Shown here one piece after another: positions 19,078 to 29,373 of a stretch of 64,000 nt of DNA (position 1 is the first letter of the stretch; every line of letters begins with the position of its first letter). Made by a program: the position numbers and the translations under genes. Under the pieces are notes generated by a model. It saw only the letters and a list, made by a program, of their open reading frames with translations. It was not told the DNA's origin and searched no databases. This DNA comes from Halobacteriota archaeon (GTDB lineage: Archaea > Halobacteriota > Syntropharchaeia > DAOWMC01), in assembly GCA_034190245.1 (NCBI GenBank), contig JAXHTJ010000001.1, positions 7,597-71,596 on the forward strand, written 5' to 3'.

Positions 19078-22000
19078 ATGATCAAAGAAATATCCGCACA
19101 GTACGATGGTAGATCGATAAAAACTGAGATTGAGAAATTCTGGAATGATGAGGACGTTTATTCAAAAGTACGCAGAAATAACAGAGAGGGGGAGAAGTTT
19201 TTATTTGTAGACGGGCCGCCTTACACAACAGGGAAGGTCCATCTCGGAACCGCATGGAACAAGATTATCAAAGATTGCGTGCTCCGTTATCTATCAATGA
19301 ATGGATTTGATCTGCAGGATCGAGCCGGGTGGGATATGCACGGCCTGCCAATAGAGGTCAAGGTAGAAGAGATGCTCGGTTTCAGCTCAAAGAAGGACAT
19401 AGAAGAGCACGGTGTGGATAACTTTATTGAGGAATGTAAGCGGTTTGCCATTAAAAACAAAGAGGAGATGACTGTACAGTTCAAGATGCTCGGAGCCTGG
19501 CTGGACTGGGAGAACCCCTATATGACGGTAAAACCCGAATATATCGAGGCTACATGGTGGACTCTAAAGAGGGCACACGAGCGAAATCTACTCGAGAAAG
19601 GCACAAGGGTCATCAGCTGGTGCCCCAGGTGTGAGACAGCGATTGCGGAATCGGAGATAGAGTATCGTGACGTGACAGACCCATCGATATGCGTGAAATT
19701 CCCTATCAAAGGTGAAGAGGATACTTATATAGTCATATGGACGACCACGCCCTGGACACTGCCATCAAATATTGCTGTTGCAGTGCACCCATCCTTCGAG
19801 TATACAAAGGTCAGGGCCTATAAAGACGACTGCGAGGAAACACTTATACTCGCATCTGATCTGATCGAACCTGTGCTGAGAATGGGGAGATACAAGGATT
19901 ACGATATCCTTGAGAGGCTCAGTGGAACAGATATCGAAGGGCTGGAATACACTCATCCGCTTGAAGGCGAAGTACCCAGGCAGAAGGAGTTCTCACACAA
20001 CGTTTATCTGGCTGACTTTGTAACGATGGAGAATACGGGATGCGTACATATAGCACCTGGACATGGTCCTGACGATTTTGCCCTCGGTAAAGCGCACGGT
20101 CTTCCGATATTCTGCCCCGTCGACAGTAGAGGGATCTTCAAAGAAGATGCAGGTAAGTACGCTAATAAGAATGTGAAGATGGCAAATAAAGAGATTTTGG
20201 AGGATCTTAAGGCCAATGGAATTTTACTCTCCACCGAATCGATCTCCCATAGGTACGGCCATTGCTGGAGATGTGATACTGCGATTATATATCTCACTAC
20301 CGAGCAGTGGTTCCTGCGTGTGACCGATATCAAAGATGAGATGCTGGCGGAGATTGACAGGGTGAGCTGGTATCCTGATTGGGCTGGTAAGTCCAGATTT
20401 TATGATTGGATCCTTGGTATCCGGGACTGGTGCATCTCCAGACAGAGGTACTGGGGCATACCGCTTCCTATATGGACCTGTAAATGTGGGAATATCGAGG
20501 TAATAGGCACGATAGAAGAGCTCAAAGAGAAGGCAATCGATTATGACGATACTGATCTTCACATTCCATACATAGATGGTGTTCACCTGAAATGTAGCTG
20601 CAAAGAAGAGATGACAAGGGTGAAAGACATCTTTGATGTCTGGTTTGACTCTGCCGTTGCATCATGGGCAGGCCTGTACTTCCCACAACAGAAGGATCTA
20701 TTTGACGAGTGGTGGCCTGCCGATTGGATAACCGAAGGCCACGACCAGACAAGGGGTTGGTTCTATTCACAGCTCGGCGCTTCCATGGTGGCTTTTGGCA
20801 GGGCACCTTACAAGTCTGTGCTTATGCATGGATTCACGCTCGATGCCGGTGGGAATAAGATGTCAAAGAGACTCGGAAACGTGATCGAACCTGAAGAGGT
20901 TGTAAATAAATATGGCACCGATACTCTGCGTCTCTATTTGTTGAGTACGAGCGCACCATGGGACGACCTTAAGTTCAACTGGGAAGAGGTTAAAAATGTA
21001 AACAGGGCACTTAATATACTCTGGAACGTCTACAGATTTCCCCTACCTTATATGGTGCTTGATAGCTTCGATCCGACAAGTGTTGAACTGGAGGATGTAA
21101 AGAAAGACCTGAGGCAGGAAGATAGATGGGTTCTGTCGAGATTGCAGTCCTTGATTGTCGAGATAAGTGAAAAGCTAAAGGTTTATGAACTCCATAAAGC
21201 CTCGCGCTTACTCCTGGATTTTGTACTGGAGGATCTGTCCAGATGGTACGTGCAGCTCATAAGGCCAAGGACATGGACCGAGAAGGATGACCCTGATAAA
21301 ATTGCAGCATATTACACGGTATACGAGGTGCTTATGACACTCACAAAAGTGCTTGCCCCATTCGCCCCATTCTTGTCAGAGGAGATCTACCAGAACCTCG
21401 TTAGAGGCACCTTCCCATCCGCTCCGATTTCAGTTCATATGTCCAATTGGCCAGAGGTAAATGAAGAGTTGAGAGATCAGGAACTTGAGGAGATGATGGC
21501 TGTCGCAAGGGAGTTTGTTGAAGCTACAAGCAACGCACGCCAGAGTGCCAAGAGGAAGCTGAGGTGGCCAGTAAAGAGGATTGTAATCTCTCCTGGAAAC
21601 GATCTGGCGTTCAAAACTGTGGACCAACTGAAACAGATACTTAAAGGGCAGACGAATGCAAAAGAGATAGTGCTTCTTGGTGTGGATGAAGAGTGGGATG
21701 AGCTCGGTTTAGAGGTTATACCGAATCCAAAAGTGATCGGTCCGAAGTTCAAAGGAAGATCAGGCGAGATAATAAAAGCGTTGAAAGAGGCAGATGGTAA
21801 GCTTGTAAAAGGCGCAATCTCGGAAGGTTACGAAGTTCTTGGCGAAGTGATATCGGAGGATATGGTCGATTTCAGGGAAAGTGTTCCGGAGTTTATAGCA
21901 TTTACAGAGTCCCAGAATGGGAGAGTGTATGTTGATGTTGAACTTACAGAGGAGATAGAATCCGAAGGATATGCAAGAGAGACGATCCGGCGACTTCAGG

Positions 22001-22224
22001 AGATGAGAAAGGAGATGGATCTGAATGTGGAAGATTACATATCAGCATCAGTCTCTGTCAAAGATGAAAGGATTGCAAGGCTCATGGGAGATTGGGAACC
22101 CTTTATATCCGAGGAGATAAGGGCGAAGGATTTGAAGATCGGGAATGATGTGACTGTCCAGTCAGAGTATGTAAAGGATTGGGTTGTCGAGGGCGTGGAG
22201 ATGAAGCTCGGGATCTCGAGATAG
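19078..22224 (+). CDS. ileS: Isoleucyl-tRNA synthetase
   Basis: About 1050-aa class I aaRS with HLGTAWNK (HIGH) and KMSKRLGN (KMSKS) motifs. The ATG at 19078 with a GGTGA-like RBS is preferred over the track's TTG at 19066. Confidence 0.9.
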   Translation: MIKEISAQYDGRSIKTEIEKFWNDEDVYSKVRRNNREGEKFLFVDGPPYTTGKVHLGTAWNKIIKDCVLRYLSMNGFDLQDRAGWDMHGLPIEVKVEEMLGFSSKKDIEEHGVDNFIEECKRFAIKNKEEMTVQFKMLGAWLDWENPYMTVKPEYIEATWWTLKRAHERNLLEKGTRVISWCPRCETAIAESEIEYRDVTDPSICVKFPIKGEEDTYIVIWTTTPWTLPSNIAVAVHPSFEYTKVRAYKDDCEETLILASDLIEPVLRMGRYKDYDILERLSGTDIEGLEYTHPLEGEVPRQKEFSHNVYLADFVTMENTGCVHIAPGHGPDDFALGKAHGLPIFCPVDSRGIFKEDAGKYANKNVKMANKEILEDLKANGILLSTESISHRYGHCWRCDTAIIYLTTEQWFLRVTDIKDEMLAEIDRVSWYPDWAGKSRFYDWILGIRDWCISRQRYWGIPLPIWTCKCGNIEVIGTIEELKEKAIDYDDTDLHIPYIDGVHLKCSCKEEMTRVKDIFDVWFDSAVASWAGLYFPQQKDLFDEWWPADWITEGHDQTRGWFYSQLGASMVAFGRAPYKSVLMHGFTLDAGGNKMSKRLGNVIEPEEVVNKYGTDTLRLYLLSTSAPWDDLKFNWEEVKNVNRALNILWNVYRFPLPYMVLDSFDPTSVELEDVKKDLRQEDRWVLSRLQSLIVEISEKLKVYELHKASRLLLDFVLEDLSRWYVQLIRPRTWTEKDDPDKIAAYYTVYEVLMTLTKVLAPFAPFLSEEIYQNLVRGTFPSAPISVHMSNWPEVNEELRDQELEEMMAVAREFVEATSNARQSAKRKLRWPVKRIVISPGNDLAFKTVDQLKQILKGQTNAKEIVLLGVDEEWDELGLEVIPNPKVIGPKFKGRSGEIIKALKEADGKLVKGAISEGYEVLGEVISEDMVDFRESVPEFIAFTESQNGRVYVDVELTEEIESEGYARETIRRLQEMRKEMDLNVEDYISASVSVKDERIARLMGDWEPFISEEIRAKDLKIGNDVTVQSEYVKDWVVEGVEMKLGISR

Positions 22225-22226
22225 TG

Positions 22227-24509
22227 CTATTGTAAGAGTTCTATTCTTCTCTTACTTCTCCAATTGTCCAGGGTTATCAATATCGGCGGCAGAACAATCA
22301 GTGCACTCAGAATGGCAAATCCGACATTTATCACTGTCACAAGCCCAAAATCACTATTCATTGGAAATGGGGATGCAATAAGGGCAGAAAAACCAAAGAC
22401 TGTTGTTAGCCCGGAAGCGACTATTGCTTTTCCAATCCTCGATGAAGATACTTCAAGCGCCTCGGTAGGCTCCATACCGTTGTCCCGCTCTTCAAAGTAT
22501 CTCCCCATAAGTAGGATCGTATACTCACATCCAATGCCTATGATGAGTGCGCCCAGAGTCGCTGTCAATGGGTTGTACTTGATACCCATCGCATACATAA
22601 CTCCCCCACTCCAACCGACCACCATCAAAATCGGGGTTATTGGAATGAAGGCTTTCATCCAGTCCCTGTAAATTGCAAAAAGTGCCAGAAATATCGCCAG
22701 GAGACCCACCATTGTCAGTTCAAATCTCCCGGATGTCAGTGCCCCAAAGATAGAAGCCATAAGAACCGGCCCTCCAGTTGCTGTTGCTTCCAGACCTATC
22801 GGTGAGCCGAACCATTCGATGTCATCCTCAACGTCAAGTATCAGTAACCTGGTTCTCTCAGTTCCAAGCCCCGTTACGCTGCTGATTTCAAGATTTAAAA
22901 CCGCGATGTTGTTGCCCACAACATATCTATTTTTTATCTGATCGGGGATCATCTCCATCGTGGATGCAATCTTTGTAGGATCATTGGGGATCTTGTCGCC
23001 ATTCATCCTCATTATCTCTGTGGCTATAGAAGAGGCTGAAATAACATTTTTTCTGCCATTGATTTCATGTTCTCCGAAGTCGTTCATCCAGTTCAGAACC
23101 TCGGGACTTGTGACATCGTCGGCCTTTACAATTATGTTGAGTTGGTCGCTTCTATCGTATAGAACTTCAAAATGGCGAAAGTCCAGAAGGGCAGGCATAT
23201 CCGGTGGGACAAACTCCATAATGTCGGTTTGAACGCCAACCTTCTGGTCGAAATAAAGTCCAGTTATAAGAAGCGTTGAAGCAATGAAGATGACGATTAC
23301 GGGGTTACTAGACATAAATACTGCAAGTTTGCCTACAGCATTTCCTATCAGATCGCCATCCTCGTTCTCCCGTTTCCTATGGTTTCTATTCCCCTTCTCT
23401 TCTGCCCTTTTATCTAAGAGAAAAAGCAGTGCAACACCGAGAGTCATTGCAACAATGTAACATATAACAAGGCCCATAAATGTCATCATCCCAAAGTCTC
23501 TTACCATCGGAACTGGTGAAATAAAGAGTGCAACAAATCCAAGACTTGTTGCGATGAAGGCAATACCAACTGCTGGGCCCATATGTTTCACAGTCTGCAC
23601 AATCGCTTCCTCTGTTGTCTCTCCCTTACCTAACTCTTCTTCCATGCGATTATGAAATTGAATCGCATAATCTATGCCAAGACCAATAAGTATGGGAAAA
23701 ACAGCCATCGATGTCATAGTCAATGGGACCTTGGTCACTCCCATAGCACCAAAAGTAAGTATGATTCCGATCCCCACCATGAGGAAAGGAAGTAACCTCC
23801 AGCGAACATTAAATACCATATAAAGTGCGACTACCATAAGCATAAAAGCAACCATCAACATCATTCCAAGGCTGCGGCCCATCTCGTCATTCATGGATAT
23901 GTCAAAGGCTGCATCGCCCGTAACAATAACCTCTGTTCCAGGTGGAAATTCAGCCCATGAAACTGCATTTTTTGTAGTATCAAGTGCGGTTACGGAATCT
24001 TCGAATGATATATCACTGGGCAATTGGACTGCAACTACTGTGTTGTGATCATCGGGCATAATTCCTTTTACAACATCTTCTGGCATCGTATTTAGAATGG
24101 CTTTGACATCGGCTTTGTTATTCGGTATGACAGCTTCACCAGTCATTAATTGATTCACATCTTTTAATAGGGTTACAAGACTTGATGAGCCTGAGATGTA
24201 CTCTCTGCCTTCCAGTTGTTCTTCGAATCTTTCTATTGCCCTGAGCACTTTTACATCGGTGACATCCTCTGATATCACAAGAACCATGATAGTGCCACCC
24301 TCAAGGAAATTCTCGTAGTAAGTCTCAAAGTCCTGGAAGAGCTGACTGTCTCTTTCAACGAATGTGTCGAGTCCGGTTGCCATCTCAATCTCTTGTGCAG
24401 CGAAGAAGGATCCAAAGACAAGGAGCACAATTGAGAGCAGGACTACTCCTGTCCTTCTCTCGATGAATAGTCCCAATCCCTCAAATATGTCAGCAACTTG
24501 TGATGCCAT
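22227..24509 (-). CDS. RND-superfamily / MMPL-family exporter (COG1033-like)
   Basis: 760 aa with two blocks of about 6 TM helices, each preceded by a large soluble loop, which is the RND topology. Confidence 0.7.
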   Translation of the reverse strand: MASQVADIFEGLGLFIERRTGVVLLSIVLLVFGSFFAAQEIEMATGLDTFVERDSQLFQDFETYYENFLEGGTIMVLVISEDVTDVKVLRAIERFEEQLEGREYISGSSSLVTLLKDVNQLMTGEAVIPNNKADVKAILNTMPEDVVKGIMPDDHNTVVAVQLPSDISFEDSVTALDTTKNAVSWAEFPPGTEVIVTGDAAFDISMNDEMGRSLGMMLMVAFMLMVVALYMVFNVRWRLLPFLMVGIGIILTFGAMGVTKVPLTMTSMAVFPILIGLGIDYAIQFHNRMEEELGKGETTEEAIVQTVKHMGPAVGIAFIATSLGFVALFISPVPMVRDFGMMTFMGLVICYIVAMTLGVALLFLLDKRAEEKGNRNHRKRENEDGDLIGNAVGKLAVFMSSNPVIVIFIASTLLITGLYFDQKVGVQTDIMEFVPPDMPALLDFRHFEVLYDRSDQLNIIVKADDVTSPEVLNWMNDFGEHEINGRKNVISASSIATEIMRMNGDKIPNDPTKIASTMEMIPDQIKNRYVVGNNIAVLNLEISSVTGLGTERTRLLILDVEDDIEWFGSPIGLEATATGGPVLMASIFGALTSGRFELTMVGLLAIFLALFAIYRDWMKAFIPITPILMVVGWSGGVMYAMGIKYNPLTATLGALIIGIGCEYTILLMGRYFEERDNGMEPTEALEVSSSRIGKAIVASGLTTVFGFSALIASPFPMNSDFGLVTVINVGFAILSALIVLPPILITLDNWRSKRRIELLQ

Positions 24510-24523
24510 ATACTCAACTGCAC

Positions 24524-26200
24524 TTACTTCCTACTTTTTTTGAAGTAGTAGATGAAGAGAACGATCAAGACCAGAACCACCAAACCGATAGCTGCAACTC
24601 CGGATACATTTGTTGAAGCGGGTTTAACATCAAAAGCGGCCTTCATAACGTCACTTACTTTCGTGTTGTCATCTTCATTTGAGTATTTTATCTCCGTATT
24701 AAGTGCATACTCTTTTGCTATGGCTTCACCGTCTACTTTTATCTGGAATTTACCAACTTTTGTTTCACCAGGACTTATTGTACCCAAAAATGCCGTGTCA
24801 TCTGTCGAGCTGAAGGGGGTTGTTGCACTGATTCTTGCGATTGAGTCTTTTGCAGCCTCACTTCCTATATTTTTGAATGTGACCTCAATAAGGCCCTTAG
24901 AACCGACCTCAAGGTCCGCATCGACCTTCACGATCTCAAAATCCATCATCCCTTCAACGGGCACACCAAATGTCGCAGTTGTGAATATTTTCTTATCATG
25001 ATTGCCATCTTCGTAGCTTATCATGGCGTCAAGTGGATACTGCTTTTCAGAAGCGTCCTCTGCGATTTGAACCTTGAATACGGCTGTTTTACTCTTCCCA
25101 GGTTTTAAATCCCCGATAAATGCAGTGTTATCTAAAATAGAGAACGGTGACTTCAGATTGAGCGATGCAACTGAAGAATACGCAGTTTCATCCCCATCAT
25201 TTTCTATCGTCAACGTGATGGTCCCTTCGCCTCCTGCATCCATTCCAGAGACTTCAACATTCCTGACTATAAAATCGGATTTCTCTGTGATAAGAATCCC
25301 GAAAATGGCCGTTGTTGACTGCTTGGATTGGGAGTTGGCATCTTTGTAATCTGCCACAATCTGCACAGGGTATTCTTTTGTCATAGCATCATTAGATATC
25401 GCTATCTCAAAGTTCACCTTCACCGATTCATCCGGTTTTACGTCGCCTATATATGTACTGGTTGTTGGTGTGAAAGGTGTCGGTGCCATGGAGGATGGAT
25501 ATGATGGAATTGTTGGGTTTATTGTAAGTACAGTGTCATATGCAGTTTCATAGCCGTTATTTTTGATTGTTAGTTCCAGATTACCATTCGATCCGCCGTG
25601 CATATTTGAGGTCCTGATATCCTCGATGAGAAGATCGAAGTTCTCGGCTATTTTGATATCGAGGTCTATTGTCCTCTTTTCATCGGTATAAGAGTAGCTC
25701 ATAGAGGAATAATCATCGGATATATACACGCTCAAAAGCCGCTTGTATTTTACAACAAGCGGGATAGTATATTCTCCGGGCCTTGCGTCTTTATCAACCT
25801 CGATTGAGAAGGCAATTGGTGGATATGGATACATGGACGGTAGAGCTCCCACGAGTACCTTTTCAGTCTTTACCGTGATCGGAACGTCACTATCCAAATC
25901 AAGTTCTGCTGTCAGATCTATTGCAGTAAGGGATGAATTGGCAGCTGCTGAAATTGAGGTGTCAAACGTCTCCAAAAGCCCGGTATTCTGGATCAGGATC
26001 TGGAGTTGAGTCGATTCTCCGGGGCTGAGTTCATTGCTCCCATAGACTATGGCGTCAAGATCGGGTTCCCCGGGTGCGCTGGCAGTCAACGCAAACGAAG
26101 GTGATACTATGCTCGCCATCAGAAACAGAGCTAAACAGGTTGAGATTATCTTATTCTTCTGTTTTATATCCATTTTACATCTTTTATTCTTTCTTCTCAT
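24524..26200 (-). CDS. Secreted surface protein with repeated COG1361/CARDB(DUF11)-like beta-sandwich domains and a C-terminal TM anchor
   Basis: Signal peptide (…SPSFALTASA), four to five repeated domains of about 100 aa (…TLTIENDGDETAY…, …LTIKNNGYETAY…), and a C-terminal AAIGLVVLVLIVLFIYYFKKSRK tail. Confidence 0.55.
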   Translation of the reverse strand: MRRKNKRCKMDIKQKNKIISTCLALFLMASIVSPSFALTASAPGEPDLDAIVYGSNELSPGESTQLQILIQNTGLLETFDTSISAAANSSLTAIDLTAELDLDSDVPITVKTEKVLVGALPSMYPYPPIAFSIEVDKDARPGEYTIPLVVKYKRLLSVYISDDYSSMSYSYTDEKRTIDLDIKIAENFDLLIEDIRTSNMHGGSNGNLELTIKNNGYETAYDTVLTINPTIPSYPSSMAPTPFTPTTSTYIGDVKPDESVKVNFEIAISNDAMTKEYPVQIVADYKDANSQSKQSTTAIFGILITEKSDFIVRNVEVSGMDAGGEGTITLTIENDGDETAYSSVASLNLKSPFSILDNTAFIGDLKPGKSKTAVFKVQIAEDASEKQYPLDAMISYEDGNHDKKIFTTATFGVPVEGMMDFEIVKVDADLEVGSKGLIEVTFKNIGSEAAKDSIARISATTPFSSTDDTAFLGTISPGETKVGKFQIKVDGEAIAKEYALNTEIKYSNEDDNTKVSDVMKAAFDVKPASTNVSGVAAIGLVVLVLIVLFIYYFKKSRK

Positions 26201-26829
26201 CAGACCATTTCTCCTCTTCTTTTCGCTTCTTCCATAATGTATTCAATTGTTTCTGTATCCACTGTCAGATCAAATTTTTCTTTGAGACTTTTTTGCAAGT
26301 TTTCAGAGTGATTCTTCTCTCCACCTTCAATCAGTTCATTTGTAAGGTTTATCAGGTCTTCAGTTATGTTCCATGGGTAGATTATCCATATCCATGGAAC
26401 TCTTTCAACCCAGAAATCTGGAATGCCATCTTTGGGTGTTGTGTCAAATATCTGCATTGTTGCAGTTTTTACGGTTTTGGGGTTCAGCTTTTGAAGGAAC
26501 TTTTTTGTTTCTTTGATACTTTCTCCCGTATCCGAGCAGTCGTCTACAACAAGCACCTTCTTTCCTGTGAGGTCGATATCTATCGGATATTTTATCTTTG
26601 CTTCGCCGTCTGGTGTTGCAGTGACCCCCCAGTGCTCGAGTTTGAGAGAGATGAGGTCTTTTATTCCAAGAAAATCGCAGAGGTTTCTTGCAGGTACCCA
26701 TCCCCCTCTTGCAAGACCAATAACTATGTCAGGTTCGTACTCGGCTTCCTTTACCTTATCTGACAGTTCTTTAGACCTCTTGTATACATTCTCCCATGAT
26801 CTTATTTCACAACTTCGTTTTTCCCACAT
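26200..26829 (-). CDS. Purine phosphoribosyltransferase-like protein (type I PRTase)
   Basis: PRPP-binding motif VLVVDDCSDTGESI. A longer N-terminal extension up to 26934 is possible but overlaps the upstream gene by 47 nt. Confidence 0.6.
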   Translation of the reverse strand: MWEKRSCEIRSWENVYKRSKELSDKVKEAEYEPDIVIGLARGGWVPARNLCDFLGIKDLISLKLEHWGVTATPDGEAKIKYPIDIDLTGKKVLVVDDCSDTGESIKETKKFLQKLNPKTVKTATMQIFDTTPKDGIPDFWVERVPWIWIIYPWNITEDLINLTNELIEGGEKNHSENLQKSLKEKFDLTVDTETIEYIMEEAKRRGEMV

Positions 26830-26887
26830 TTCATTAACCTCTTTTTTATCATTTATATCACTTATATCACTTCTGTTGTAAGCCGGA

Positions 26888-27478
26888 TCAGAGAAGTACC
26901 CTCCTGAAAAAATCACAGACCCTCTCTGATACAAGATCCATCACTCCTCCATAAAAGTGATCGGTTTCGAGTACAAACTGCTCTTTCTCTCCTTTTGCAT
27001 CCGAAAACAAACTCTCGAAATCCTTGAAAGGTGCAAGCGGATCCTTTCTCCCATGGATCATAAGCTTTGGACAATTTGAACTCAGATCTGCACTCACTTT
27101 CTCGATTCTTTTAAGGATGGACATGGCCACATAACCATCTATTTTATGAGGCGATTGAGCTACTGCATTTGATGAGACGACAGCACCAAATGAGTATCCC
27201 AAGACACCCAGCTTCTTTGCCTCCCCTTTCATATGCGATATCGCAGCCATAACATCACGAGCCTCTCTTGCGCCCCCGCCATATTTTCCGTAGTCGATGC
27301 AGAGAGCAGAAATACCGGATCTTCCGAGTTCTTTTGCCAGATGAACCAATCGCGCATCATAGCGGGATCCTCCAAACATCGGATGCGGTGGGCATAGTAT
27401 CACACATACTCCTGATGTTTTGTAAAGCGTCCCAGTAAGAATTTGATCACCGCTAGGAAAATGGATATCCTCTTGCAT
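26888..27478 (-). CDS. Alpha/beta hydrolase (dienelactone-hydrolase-like)
   Basis: GYSFGA nucleophile-elbow motif. Confidence 0.6.
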   Translation of the reverse strand: MQEDIHFPSGDQILTGTLYKTSGVCVILCPPHPMFGGSRYDARLVHLAKELGRSGISALCIDYGKYGGGAREARDVMAAISHMKGEAKKLGVLGYSFGAVVSSNAVAQSPHKIDGYVAMSILKRIEKVSADLSSNCPKLMIHGRKDPLAPFKDFESLFSDAKGEKEQFVLETDHFYGGVMDLVSERVCDFFRRVLL

Positions 27479-27576
27479 AAGATATAGATTGAGTGCAGAT
27501 ATTATAAGAATTTGTAGAGCTTATAATGTTTTGATGGTAAGTTTAATTATAAATCAGATAGTACAAAGGATTAGAC

Positions 27577-28020
27577 ATGTATCTATTCAGAAGGGATGAG
27601 AGAGCGCAGATAATTGTCTTAACCGGTTTTTTAGTGGCTTTAGCTATTGTGGCCTTTGCCACCGTCTTTTTTGCGGGTGCATTGGCCGGACAGGAGACGA
27701 TAAAACAGGAAGCGGACGATAGCAATTTCGTATATGGAGATCTCATCCATGCATACGGGCAGGTTCTGAAGCAGATCTCATCTAATGGTACTACTAATCC
27801 TTTCACCGGAGCAGCTAATTTGAATGATCTGGGCAAAGCCGAACAGGATATAACCGCGCTGCTACATACACGAGGATATGTTGTAGTCTTCTATAATCAC
27901 TCTTCAACAGATTACTCAAGCTCGGCAAAAGTAGCAAATGCCACAATTCTGCTCTCAAATGGTGTAACTACATATACAGAAACTGTGATGTATGACCTGA
28001 CAAATGGCAATTCTATTTAG
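27577..28020 (+). CDS. Possible archaeal type IV pilin-like protein (class III signal peptide)
   Basis: N-terminus MYLFRRDERAQ|IIVLTGFLVALAIVAFATVFFAG has a charged n-region, an [KR][GA]Q cleavage-like site and a long hydrophobic stretch. The remainder is Thr/Ser/Asn-rich. Confidence 0.35.
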   Translation: MYLFRRDERAQIIVLTGFLVALAIVAFATVFFAGALAGQETIKQEADDSNFVYGDLIHAYGQVLKQISSNGTTNPFTGAANLNDLGKAEQDITALLHTRGYVVVFYNHSSTDYSSSAKVANATILLSNGVTTYTETVMYDLTNGNSI

Positions 28021-28183
28021 GCGGATCTGGCAGTTTCCCCCTCGTAAGTGAAATAAATATTTCCCAACCTTAAATTATTGCAGATGGTACGACCCAATTT
28101 TTAAGCTGAAAAGGCAATCATTAAGTATAGGTACCCCATATTAATCAGAAAAATACCTTTAAAACTAAAAAGGGGGTTATTCA

Positions 28184-29365
28184 ATGAGAGGAGTTTCAAT
28201 AGTTGCCGTCGGGATGACTGAGTTCAGGCATAGGCCAGAGTCATTCATGGACATAGGTGCTGATGGGATCGCAGAAGTATTTAAAGACTCGGATCTTAAG
28301 AATCTGGACATGAATGATATGGAAGCAGCATACTGCGGCACGATGGGTGGAGGCCCTCAAGCTGGCCAGAGAATCCTGGCAAGGTTGAAGAGCAGGATGG
28401 AGGAGAAAGGACTGGAACCACAGGAAGGCTTAACAGGGATTCCTGTCTCAAACTGGGAGAATCAGTGTACAAGTGGAACATGCGCTTTCGATGCTGGTTA
28501 TCGTGATATAGCTGCCGGGTTCCATGATATTGTACTGGCGTTCGGTGCCGAAAAACTCGGAAAAGGTTCATTATCTATGGGTGCTGGTGGAGGACTTTCA
28601 ACGGCAAAATTCAGAGGACCACCTCCGGTTCCAACGATGTTTGCCGGAAATGCAAAGCGTCACATGAAGAAATTCGATACAAAGAGAGAGCATCTTGCGA
28701 TGGTCGCTGTAAAGTCGAAGGAATATGCAGCCAGGAACCCAAATGCACAGTACAGAAACAGGATAACACTGGATGAAGCTTTAAATGCGAAGATGATTGC
28801 AGATCCGTTATCTATGTACATGTGCTGTCCTACATCAACAGGAGGATCTGCCTGTATACTCGTCGCAAGCGATATAGCAAGGAAATACACCGAGACACCG
28901 GTAGAGATAGTATGCGGCACAAATAAAACGGCAAGAGCAGGAATTAGTGCGTTAGAGTCTGGTTGGGATCCAAATTTAAGAGCTGGTAGAGAAGCATACA
29001 GACTTGCAGGTATCGGTCCAGAGGATATTGATGTTGCTCAGGTACACGACTGCTTCGCAATAGCAGAGCTGATGCACTATGAGAGCTTCGGATGGTGCGA
29101 GATAGGAAAATGTGGCGAGTGGATTGAATCCGGAGGGCCATGCATGGGTGGTGAGCTACCTGTGAATACAGATGGTGGATTGATATCGAAGGGTCACCCA
29201 CTCGGTGCAACAGGCTTTGCCCAGATCTACGAGCTGACTCACCAGTTGCGAGGCGACGGTCATAATCAGGTTCCAGATGCAGAAATCGCATGGAAGCACA
29301 ATATGGGTGGTGGTGTTGGTGTCGGAATGACGTACATTGTCCACGTACTGAAAAGGGGAAGATAG
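28184..29365 (+). CDS. Thiolase-like protein (SCP-x-type thiolase family), paralog 1
   Basis: Thiolase fold with an N-terminal active-site Cys region (NQCTSGTCAF) and a C-terminal …NTDGGLISKGHPLGATG… motif. Confidence 0.7.
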   Translation: MRGVSIVAVGMTEFRHRPESFMDIGADGIAEVFKDSDLKNLDMNDMEAAYCGTMGGGPQAGQRILARLKSRMEEKGLEPQEGLTGIPVSNWENQCTSGTCAFDAGYRDIAAGFHDIVLAFGAEKLGKGSLSMGAGGGLSTAKFRGPPPVPTMFAGNAKRHMKKFDTKREHLAMVAVKSKEYAARNPNAQYRNRITLDEALNAKMIADPLSMYMCCPTSTGGSACILVASDIARKYTETPVEIVCGTNKTARAGISALESGWDPNLRAGREAYRLAGIGPEDIDVAQVHDCFAIAELMHYESFGWCEIGKCGEWIESGGPCMGGELPVNTDGGLISKGHPLGATGFAQIYELTHQLRGDGHNQVPDAEIAWKHNMGGGVGVGMTYIVHVLKRGR

Positions 29366-29373
29366 GTGTCAAA

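Noticed and set aside
26074-26763. 229-aa plus-strand ORF overlapping the PRTase gene
   Set aside because: Cys/Phe-rich low-complexity translation antisense to a gene with a clear PRPP-binding motif.
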